From contig JAYKHS010000016.1 of NCBI GenBank assembly GCA_035285865.1, positions 1-64,000 of the forward strand: DNA of 64,000 nucleotides, given 5' to 3'. This DNA comes from Candidatus Sericytochromatia bacterium. GTDB taxonomy: Bacteria > Cyanobacteriota > Sericytochromatia > S15B-MN24 > VGJW01. The notes below the pieces were generated by a model. It worked only from the letters and a program-made list of their open reading frames with translations, did no database searches and was not told the origin of the DNA. Of the stretch, positions 37,120 through 45,049 are shown piece by piece. The first letter of the stretch is position 1. Every line of letters begins with the position of its first letter. Position numbers and translations under genes: made by a program.

Positions 37120-37908
37120 ATGAACCCCAACTTCCACGGTTACGTCTGGCTCAGTCCGGAAGATGCATCCCGCCCCGAGCGCGTGACGGCGGCCCGCAGC
37201 ACCCTCGAGGCCTATTGCGATGCCAACGGCATCAGACTTGCCGACATCGCGATCGAGACCGGTCATTTCGGTTCGGCACTCGAGCGTCCCATCCTCGCCG
37301 ACCTGATCGCCGAGCCCAACACCGTGCTCGTTATGCCCAGCCTGAACAGCCTCGGCCGGCGCTTCCACGACGTCGCGACGGTGCTGTCCGAGTTCGCCCA
37401 TCGTGAGGTCCGCCTGGTCTCCATCGCCGAAGGGGTCGACACCAGCAAGCCCGAAGGCATGCAGCTGATCCGGGTGCTGGTCCGCATTCCGCAAGTCGCC
37501 GGCTGGATCAAGCCCATCAAGACTCCGTCGGCCTCCAAGGTCTACGTCCGCGCCCGGGAAGTGCTCCACAACGGTGGCACCTGCCCCTTCGGCTACACGC
37601 TCGACGAAAGCACCAACCAGTTTGTCATCAACGAGCGCGAGGCCCCCGTCGTCCAGCGCATCTTCCGCGAGCGAGCCGCCGGCCGCAGCCTGCGCCAGAT
37701 CGCCGGGGACCTCAGCCGCGACGGTATCCCCACCAAGCGTGGCGGTCGCTGGCAGGCCAATACCGTCAAGACCATCTTGGAGAACATCTTCTATACCGGC
37801 GATTACCAGTGCCAGAACAAGGTCTTCGAGCGTGACCATGAGCCCATCATCGCGAAGGAGCTCTTCACCGAGGTCAACAACGGCAAGGCCGTCCTTCAGG
37901 TCGTCTGA
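37120..37908 (+). CDS. Serine recombinase-family protein (resolvase-like plus recombinase DNA-binding domain), active site degenerate
   Basis: AGGAG RBS; ERPIL, LVSIAEGVDT, PFGY, EAPVVQRIF, SLRQIA, IPTKRGGRW, ILENIFYTG. Confidence 0.85.
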   Translation: MNPNFHGYVWLSPEDASRPERVTAARSTLEAYCDANGIRLADIAIETGHFGSALERPILADLIAEPNTVLVMPSLNSLGRRFHDVATVLSEFAHREVRLVSIAEGVDTSKPEGMQLIRVLVRIPQVAGWIKPIKTPSASKVYVRAREVLHNGGTCPFGYTLDESTNQFVINEREAPVVQRIFRERAAGRSLRQIAGDLSRDGIPTKRGGRWQANTVKTILENIFYTGDYQCQNKVFERDHEPIIAKELFTEVNNGKAVLQVV

Positions 37909-37928
37909 GGCAGACCGTCCACGAAACG

Positions 37929-37967
37929 CTATCGCCCGGGTTCCGCAAGCGGGACCCGGGCGATAGC
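37929..37967. terminator. Strong hairpin between convergent genes
   Basis: CTATCGCCCGGGTTCC-GCAAGCG-GGACCCGGGCGATAG. Confidence 0.8.
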
Positions 37968-37979
37968 TTTGGGAAGGAA

Positions 37980-38528
37980 TCAAAGCAGCGGCTTGATGGC
38001 CTTCTTGAAGTTGGCGAGGATCTCCTCGTGCTCCTCGCCTGGAGGCCCGATCCACTTCTCACGGATCACGCCCTTGCGATCGATCAGGAAGGTCGTCGGA
38101 ATCCCGCGGATCCCGCCGAAGCCGCGGGCGAGTTCCTCGTTACCCGCCAGCAGCGGATAGTTGAACCGTGTCCCCTGACGCTCGGCGAATTCCTTGGCGA
38201 AGATGGGCACCGCCACTTTGGGCTCGTCATCAAGCGATACGCCCAACACGGTAAAGCCCTTGCCCTTGAGATCCTGCTGCAGGCGGACGAGATCGGGGAT
38301 CTCATGCCGACAAGGTGGGCACCACGTGGCCCAGAAGTTCAGGAGCACGACCTTGCCCTTCAATGAGGCCATGCTGATGCGCTTGGCGGCAGGCTTGCCC
38401 TCGACCGCGATCACGGGCAAATCGAAGGCCGGTGCCTGCTTGTAGGCGGCTCGAGCCGGCCCCGCCAGCGAGGGCACGAGCATCGCGGCCCCGAAGAAGG
38501 CCGCAAGCAGCCACGGACGGGCGACCAT
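37980..38528 (-). CDS. TlpA/ResA-family thiol-disulfide oxidoreductase
   Basis: LNFWATWCPPC, GIPTTFLID; signal peptide. Confidence 0.95.
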   Translation of the reverse strand: MVARPWLLAAFFGAAMLVPSLAGPARAAYKQAPAFDLPVIAVEGKPAAKRISMASLKGKVVLLNFWATWCPPCRHEIPDLVRLQQDLKGKGFTVLGVSLDDEPKVAVPIFAKEFAERQGTRFNYPLLAGNEELARGFGGIRGIPTTFLIDRKGVIREKWIGPPGEEHEEILANFKKAIKPLL

Positions 38529-38914
38529 CAAGCCTGGTCCTGGACGAAGGTGCAGAAGGTCTTGCCCAGCAGAACTTCATCTCCATCCTTGACGCCGACG
38601 GGTTGGCCGGGCAGGAGACGTGCGCCCCGATTGACGAACGTGCCGTTGAGCGACCCCAGATCCTCAAGGAAATAGGCGCCTTCCTCGACGAAGAATCGCG
38701 CGTGCTTGCGCGAGATCTTGGCTTCGGGATCGTCCTCGGTCAGATCGATCTCGGGGAATGCCCCGCCGTCGGGATCCCAGCGGCCCACGTGGGTCTCGCC
38801 CTTGCGCTCGAGCTGGAAGGTCTGATTCACGCGACCGCCCCGCTTGATGATCAGTCGCGCAGGAGGCGCCGTAGAAGCGTTGTCGGTGGCCTGGGGCTGT
38901 TCGGCAAGGGTCAT
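38528..38914 (-). CDS. FHA-domain protein
   Basis: VGRWD, ISRKHA, DLGSLNGTFVN. Confidence 0.95.
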   Translation of the reverse strand: MTLAEQPQATDNASTAPPARLIIKRGGRVNQTFQLERKGETHVGRWDPDGGAFPEIDLTEDDPEAKISRKHARFFVEEGAYFLEDLGSLNGTFVNRGARLLPGQPVGVKDGDEVLLGKTFCTFVQDQA

Positions 38915-38996
38915 CTGGGTCGTCCTCCGGGAGCCATGCGTCGCGACGTTACCATCCTACCCTCCGGACGACGCCGCGCGTCCAGGGTTCCGTCAA

Positions 38997-40643
38997 CTAC
39001 CGATACTCCGACATCTGCACCAGCACGACCGTGATGTTGTCCTCACCCCCGCGCTGATTCGCCAGATTCACCAGACGCTGAGCCGCGGCGACCGGGTCGA
39101 TGGCGTCCGTGACAATCTGGTGCAGTTCGGGGTCGGTGACGTGGCCCGTCAGGCCATCGCTGCAGAGCAGCAACCAGTCCCCGGTACGCAGGGGTCGCTG
39201 ATACAGATCGACCTCGACATTGGGATAGGTGCCCAGCGACCGGTAGATCAGGTTGCGCTGCGGATGCACGAGCGCTTCTTCAGGCGTGATCTGGCCGAGT
39301 TCGACCAGCCGTCCCACGAGGCTGTGATCCCTGGACACCTTCTCGATGCCCTGACGGTTGATCAGGTAACAGCACGAATCGCCGACGTGCGCGACATAGA
39401 CCGTATGCCCGAAGACCAGCGCCGTCGTCACCGTCGTCCCCATGCCCTGCATCGCGGGATTGGCCCGTCCGGTGTCGTAGACGCGGGCATTGGCCACTTT
39501 GACGGCCTGCTGCAGGTGCAGTTTGACTTGGGTCGAGGGATCCTCGCCATCGCCGAGCGACGCCAAGGCCTGCTGGACATAGCTCGTGACCTCGTCGACG
39601 GTGATCGCCGAAGCGACCTCGCCCGCGTTGACCCCACCCATGCCGTCCGCACAGATGTAGAGCCCAAGACCGCTGCTCTGACCCTGAGCCGTGAAGGTCA
39701 GCTCGAAGACACCGAGCGCATCCTCGTTTCCCGTGCGCAGCATGCCGACGTCCGAACACGTCCCTACCCTGCGAATCGGATTCTGGACCAGTTCGTGGAT
39801 CTCGGCGCGCAGCTCGGCGCAGGACGAGAACCGGTCCAGCGGATCGATGGCGACAAGCTTGCGGACCAGCCGCTCGATGTGGGGGTGAATAGCCGGCAGG
39901 TAATGGCTGACATCGGTGAAGACGAACCGGTCCTCCTCCAACTGCCAGACGTCTTCGGGACTGACGGTGGTCAGCAACTGGTGCCAAATGGCCCCCAGGG
40001 CAAAGAGATCCGACCGCTCGGTGACGCGCCCCTCGAGAAAACCGAACTGTTCGGGTGGCGAGTAGCCCGGCGTGGCCTCGACCACCTTCTGGACGGGGAC
40101 CATCGTCGCCCGATGAAAGCCGGTCAGGCGCAACTGACCGCGATCGGGCGAAACGACCAGATAGCGCGGCTGCAGGTCCAGATGCAGGATTCCGGACGCA
40201 TGCAGCTGCCCCATGGCATCGCAGATCTGGGCCACCCAGTCGATGGCCTGCTGGACCGGGATATCCTCGCCACTGGCGAGGAAGTAGGCGAGATCGCGAC
40301 CCTCGAGCTGCTCCAGCACCAGGTAGGCCCGATCTCCCTCACGAAAGAGGTCCAAGGCCTTCACGACAGCCGTGGAACGAACCGAACGGAGAATCAGGAA
40401 CTCATCCTGGAAGGGATGGCCCGCCGCGTCCTCGGCCCATTCGCTGTCCGCCAGTGCGTCAGGGACAGGCCCCGGTTGCACGGGACCACGCTCCTTCACG
40501 ATCACCGGCAGGTCGGTCATCGTGTCGAGGGCCCGGTAGAGATTCGCCTCGTGCTTGGTCTCGAGGAAGCGCTCGATGCGATAGCGACCGCGCAGCATCA
40601 CTGCAGGTTCCAGGGCGTCCGGAACGGCGCGTGACGGGCTCAT
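38997..40643 (-). CDS. Pseudokinase-PP2C phosphatase fusion
   Basis: N-terminal kinase fold with HLDLQPRY and GFH; PP2C motifs NED, ADGMGG, GMGTT, HVGDS, CSDGL, GGEDNIT. Confidence 0.9.
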   Translation of the reverse strand: MSPSRAVPDALEPAVMLRGRYRIERFLETKHEANLYRALDTMTDLPVIVKERGPVQPGPVPDALADSEWAEDAAGHPFQDEFLILRSVRSTAVVKALDLFREGDRAYLVLEQLEGRDLAYFLASGEDIPVQQAIDWVAQICDAMGQLHASGILHLDLQPRYLVVSPDRGQLRLTGFHRATMVPVQKVVEATPGYSPPEQFGFLEGRVTERSDLFALGAIWHQLLTTVSPEDVWQLEEDRFVFTDVSHYLPAIHPHIERLVRKLVAIDPLDRFSSCAELRAEIHELVQNPIRRVGTCSDVGMLRTGNEDALGVFELTFTAQGQSSGLGLYICADGMGGVNAGEVASAITVDEVTSYVQQALASLGDGEDPSTQVKLHLQQAVKVANARVYDTGRANPAMQGMGTTVTTALVFGHTVYVAHVGDSCCYLINRQGIEKVSRDHSLVGRLVELGQITPEEALVHPQRNLIYRSLGTYPNVEVDLYQRPLRTGDWLLLCSDGLTGHVTDPELHQIVTDAIDPVAAAQRLVNLANQRGGEDNITVVLVQMSEYR

Positions 40644-41905
40644 GCCGCACCTCCCGTCGGCTGCCTGAGCAGCAACCAGGCCAGGAAGGCTCCGATGGCC
40701 ATCGACAAGGGGACAACGACGGCCAGAAACCAGGGCTGTTGCCAGAGTGCCCCGCCTCGCCCGTCCGCAAGATCAGCGAGTGCCGGATCCAGATTCCGGG
40801 CCGTGAGCGCCTTGGCATGGATCTTGTCGTAGGTCGACGTGTGATGGGCCGCGATGTAGCCCCTGCAATTCGGGCAGAACTGACGCCCGCGCGAGATACG
40901 GGCACCGCAGTGGGGACAGTTCCGGACCGCGCCGGTCTCATGGCCCCCCAGCAGGATCAGTTCCGCGAGCAACTCGTCACACGTCTGGTAGCGTCGCTCC
41001 AGTTCGGGCTCGAGCATCTTGGTGATGATGTTCTCGAGTGCCTCGCTGACCTCGGCATTGAGCTGACGCACTGGCGGGAAGCTGAACGGAGCCTCGTTCT
41101 GGGGGTCCCGATTCGTCAGCAGGTAGTGCATCGTGGCACCCAGCGCGTAGATGTCGGTGCGTTGCTCGACCTGACCACGATACTGCTCGGGAGGGGCGTA
41201 GCCTTGGGTGCCGATCATCGTGCCCCGGGCCTGCGGGTTGAAGAATCGCGCGATGCCGAAGTCGACCAGGTAGATCTTGCCGAAGTGCGTCAGGATCAAG
41301 TTGGCGGGCTTCATGTCCCTGTAGATGATGGGCGGCTTCTGGTGGTGCAGGTAGGACAGCACGTCGCAGCACTGGATGGCCCAGCCGATCACGCTCTTCT
41401 CATCGAAAGGCGCCATGCTCTCGTGCATCCGTTGCTCGAGGTCGGTGCCTTGGATGTACTCCATCACCAGATAGTGCCGATTGGCCTCGGTGAAGCGGTC
41501 GTAGACCTCAGGGATGGCGTTGTGGTCCAGGTTCGCGAGCAGATCCGCTTCGCGGTAGAAGTTCTGGGTCGCGATCTCGCGTTGCTCGGGATCCGTGAAA
41601 TGGTCGAGCATCTCCTTGACGATGCAGACCTTGGAGCTGAAGCGCGTGTCGTTGGCAAGGTAGATGGCTCCCATGCCACCCTGCCCGACCAGCTGGGTGA
41701 TGCGGTAGCGCTCCTGCAGCAGCGTGGAAGGTGCAAGCAGCGTGCTGGGCGGCGCATAGCCGGACGCCGGTTGGGTCACGGCGCCCATGGGCTGAGCCGT
41801 CACCGCCGCCTTGAGGGGTTTGCCGCAGTCGCAGCAGAACCGGTTTTCCTCATCGTTCGGCGTGTTGCAGGAAGGACAGTTGATCTGGGGCACGAGCTCA
41901 GGCAC
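40640..41905 (-). CDS. Ser/Thr protein kinase with N- and C-terminal zinc ribbons and a C-terminal TM helix (start approximate)
   Basis: GQGGMG, IVKE, YRDMKPAN, DFGIAR, GTQGYAPPEQ; CPSC...CCDCG and CPHCG...CPNC. Confidence 0.95.
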   Translation of the reverse strand: MPELVPQINCPSCNTPNDEENRFCCDCGKPLKAAVTAQPMGAVTQPASGYAPPSTLLAPSTLLQERYRITQLVGQGGMGAIYLANDTRFSSKVCIVKEMLDHFTDPEQREIATQNFYREADLLANLDHNAIPEVYDRFTEANRHYLVMEYIQGTDLEQRMHESMAPFDEKSVIGWAIQCCDVLSYLHHQKPPIIYRDMKPANLILTHFGKIYLVDFGIARFFNPQARGTMIGTQGYAPPEQYRGQVEQRTDIYALGATMHYLLTNRDPQNEAPFSFPPVRQLNAEVSEALENIITKMLEPELERRYQTCDELLAELILLGGHETGAVRNCPHCGARISRGRQFCPNCRGYIAAHHTSTYDKIHAKALTARNLDPALADLADGRGGALWQQPWFLAVVVPLSMAIGAFLAWLLLRQPTGGAA

Positions 41906-42069
41906 GGAGTTCCGGACCCGGGCCTTGTACCACGGCGGTCGCCCGTTCAACCCCATCGGCCGGATGGGGCCTTGCCGCGAACCGGCGTGCCGACCTTGCA
42001 GCCGCCACGAGGCCGCGTGCTGTCGACGCCCCCGGGCAGGTTCGAGCGGGCTGAGCGGGAGCGCCGGGC

Positions 42070-43071
42070 CTACTCCTCGCGGTTGGCGACTTTGTCCCCG
42101 ACGTCCGTCGCGTTCTGAAGCTTGTCTGAAGCGCCCTTGAGCGCATCATCCACCCTGTTCGCTCCACGAAATGCGTCATCCGCCGACCCCGCGAGCCCCC
42201 CGGCCTGCCGCGCCGCGTCATCCACCGCACCGAGGGCCTTGTGTCCCACGGTCGCGAAATCGGAGACGGCATCGAGGGCCTTGCCAGTCTTGGTGGCGGC
42301 TCCGCCACCGCCTGTCCCCACCACGGAGACGACATCGAGCGCCAGCTTTCCCACGGCCTCGGCGTAGCGCCCCTGACGCCACGATTCGTTGTAACTCGCG
42401 GTCAGCCCCTGTCCGACCGCCTTGAAGAATGCCTGGTCATCCTGCAGGGTCCGTACGGGGTCGAGCGCGTAGGCCATCGCTGCCCGGACATCGCCACCGG
42501 CCTGTTTCGCCCGGAAAACTTCCTGAGCAAGGCGCACCGGATTGGCCGGCACCGGCAGATGTGCGGCGAGGTCCACCAGGCCCAGCGCCGTCTTCTTGGG
42601 CGTGGCGGCAGCTGCAAGCAGGCCACCGACGTTGTTCCCGATCCCCTTCACGACCCCTTGGCTGAACTCGTTGAGCATCGTGGCATTCCGGACCTGACCC
42701 CGGACCACCGTACCTGCCACGCCCCCGACGACAGGCAGGCTACCGGCAAGCTTGACGGCCCGATCTCCGGCCTCTTTCAGGAAGCGCTCCTGGGTCGCCA
42801 GATATCCGTTGCCGAGCTTTCCGGCCTGGTCGAGGAGGTTCAGCACCGTCCGCTGCACGGGATTATGACGCTCCGGGGCAATGTCCCGACTCCGGGCCGC
42901 CTGCTGGTTACGCCGGACCTCCGCATGGGAGGCAAGGGCCGACGCTCGCGAGGCCTGTGCTTGCGACACGACACCGGACACGGTCTTCGCAGCACGATCG
43001 ACGGCAGGCTTGGCGGCCTTGGTGGTCTGTTTCCAGAGCCAACGTGCCTCGTTCAGCAGATTGATGCCCAC
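42070..43071 (-). CDS. Hypothetical Ala/Gly-rich protein resembling a secreted or pre-toxin region
   Basis: GGGGGAGG RBS, GTG start; LPVVGGVAG, VVSVVGTGGG, DDA-rich tail. Confidence 0.65.
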   Translation of the reverse strand: MGINLLNEARWLWKQTTKAAKPAVDRAAKTVSGVVSQAQASRASALASHAEVRRNQQAARSRDIAPERHNPVQRTVLNLLDQAGKLGNGYLATQERFLKEAGDRAVKLAGSLPVVGGVAGTVVRGQVRNATMLNEFSQGVVKGIGNNVGGLLAAAATPKKTALGLVDLAAHLPVPANPVRLAQEVFRAKQAGGDVRAAMAYALDPVRTLQDDQAFFKAVGQGLTASYNESWRQGRYAEAVGKLALDVVSVVGTGGGGAATKTGKALDAVSDFATVGHKALGAVDDAARQAGGLAGSADDAFRGANRVDDALKGASDKLQNATDVGDKVANREE

Positions 43072-43072
43072 G

Positions 43073-44125
43073 TCACGCCTCCCCCGACGGCCCGCTCCCG
43101 GCCGTCATCAGACTCATCCAGCGATCCAGCGATAGGCTTGCTTCTTCCACGCGATCCTGCCGGGCAAGTGCAGCGGCACGCAGCAGGACGGCATCCTCGG
43201 AGTCCGGTGCCTCCATCAGCATCAGGTCGGCATGCCTCTGGCTCTCCACGGCATCGTCCCGACGGTGGGCAACCAGGGCCAACAGACGATGCGCCTCGAG
43301 GTGGTGAGGGTCCAAAGCCGTACCCAGACGCAAACTGGCTTCGGCAGCCTCGATCTGGCCGATGTTCCACGCCAGCATGCCCAGTTGCACCCAGGGTTCC
43401 GCCCACTCGGGCTGCAGTTCGGCTGCCCGCTCATGGGCCTGCACCGTCGCCGACCAATCACCCGATGCCGACTCCAGCTGCCCCACGCACAACCAGGTCC
43501 GGGCATCCTCAGGCGCTTCGGCCACCAAGGCCTCGAGGAGCACCCGAGCCTCGACCAGATGGCCTTCCTGCAGCATCAGCAGGGCGAGGGATTGCCGAGA
43601 CAGGGCATCGTCGGCCTGCAGGCCGATCGCTGTCTCGAAAGCACCCCGCGCGCCCGCCCGATCGCCAAGTTGCCAGCGCAGCTGTCCGAGGGCCGACCAC
43701 GCAGGAGCCGCACCGGGCTCGCAGGAGACCGCCTCCTGCAAGGCCTCGACGGCTTCGGCAACGTGTCCCTCTTCGGCTTGCAGCAGACCGAGCAAGTACC
43801 ATCCACGCGCAACCCTGCGGTCCCGCTCCAGCACCTGCACGTAGAGGTCCCGCGCCTCAGCGGCCCGGCCACCCTCCTGCAAGGTGAGAGCACAGGCAAG
43901 CCCCAGCCCCATAAGGTCCGAGTCGTCGCCACCGGCAGCCGACCAGAACGCCAACGCCTGCTCCAGGTCGCCCTCGCGCAGACGTTGCCAGGCTTCATCC
44001 ACGGTATCCGGTGGCGATGCGCCTTCGGCCACGTGCCCATGCGACGCATCCTGCAGGGCGGCAAGACCGCGCAAGGCCCGCCAATCCTCGCCCATGGCCT
44101 CGAAATCCACGCCCAGACCCCACAT
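43073..44125 (-). CDS. TPR-repeat protein
   Basis: Repeated W..LG.......G....A......A....P pattern. Confidence 0.85.
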   Translation of the reverse strand: MWGLGVDFEAMGEDWRALRGLAALQDASHGHVAEGASPPDTVDEAWQRLREGDLEQALAFWSAAGGDDSDLMGLGLACALTLQEGGRAAEARDLYVQVLERDRRVARGWYLLGLLQAEEGHVAEAVEALQEAVSCEPGAAPAWSALGQLRWQLGDRAGARGAFETAIGLQADDALSRQSLALLMLQEGHLVEARVLLEALVAEAPEDARTWLCVGQLESASGDWSATVQAHERAAELQPEWAEPWVQLGMLAWNIGQIEAAEASLRLGTALDPHHLEAHRLLALVAHRRDDAVESQRHADLMLMEAPDSEDAVLLRAAALARQDRVEEASLSLDRWMSLMTAGSGPSGEA

Positions 44126-44197
44126 GCACGCCTTGACCTTCCAGCAGTGCCATACCCACGAAAGGACGGACGGCCACGGAACAGAAACGCCCGGAGC

Positions 44198-45049
44198 CTA
44201 GAGCCCCCGCACCTCCGAGGTGTAGCCCTTGAGCGTGCAATCGGCGACATCGACGCCGGAGGGCACGTTCGCGGGAAACAGGGCCCCTACATGCGGGGCA
44301 TCCTTGCGATCCACCGGACTGGCCTTGCTGGTCGACAGGGTGAAGTAGCCGTTGTCCAGCAGGTTCCACTGGTCGATCTTGTATCCCGAGCGCTCGGTGG
44401 TGGCGGCGATCGAGTTGTCTTCAAGCGGGGGAGCGGCTTGCACCACGAGGTTGGCCTGAATCCGAGGTCGGGTCACGAGGGAATCCGGCGCGAGCAGATT
44501 CAGCGGAATCGTCAGTTCGAGAATGTCCTGCGGCGCACCGGGCGCCGTCCCGCGCGAGCTGGTGACCTTCCAGTCCTGGTTCTCGATGAGCGGCGGCCTA
44601 GCCGCGATGACGGGCAGGACCACCCGGGTGTTCGTGGCCGGATCGTACGTCTGCTCCCAGTGCTCGACGCGACGGCCGCCAGCCGTGGTGTAGACGAAGG
44701 CATTCGTCCACGAGTTGGGTTCGAGGGCCTGCTTGAACAAGGTACCCGGGGGCACGGATATGGAGGCCATGTCGCTGCCCAGATACATGGGGAAGTCGGC
44801 ACCGATGATGGGGCGATCGCGCAACCAAGGTCCGAAGGTTTTGGGACCTTGGCCCTCTTGGCCGGAGATGTCGACCACAAAGAAGATGCGCACCCGGGGA
44901 TCGTCAGGGATGCGTCCCTGGACCTGAATCCTGAAAATCAGGCTGTTCCGGGCCGCGGGATCGGTCGCGCGGTTGGCGCACGCCGCCCCGAGCAACGCCA
45001 GCACGGTAACAATCAGGGCGGCCGGCCAGAGGCGAACGGCAGCGATCAT
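44198..45049 (-). CDS. Hypothetical lipoprotein coupled to lptD
   Basis: ATGA overlap with the lptD stop; lipobox LGAAC. Confidence 0.7.
   Translation of the reverse strand: MIAAVRLWPAALIVTVLALLGAACANRATDPAARNSLIFRIQVQGRIPDDPRVRIFFVVDISGQEGQGPKTFGPWLRDRPIIGADFPMYLGSDMASISVPPGTLFKQALEPNSWTNAFVYTTAGGRRVEHWEQTYDPATNTRVVLPVIAARPPLIENQDWKVTSSRGTAPGAPQDILELTIPLNLLAPDSLVTRPRIQANLVVQAAPPLEDNSIAATTERSGYKIDQWNLLDNGYFTLSTSKASPVDRKDAPHVGALFPANVPSGVDVADCTLKGYTSEVRGL

Noticed and set aside
20140..37908. Integrated element using the tRNAs as att sites and the serine recombinase as integrase
   Set aside because: No duplicated tRNA 3' end seen, intervening genes are housekeeping, and the recombinase active site is degenerate.
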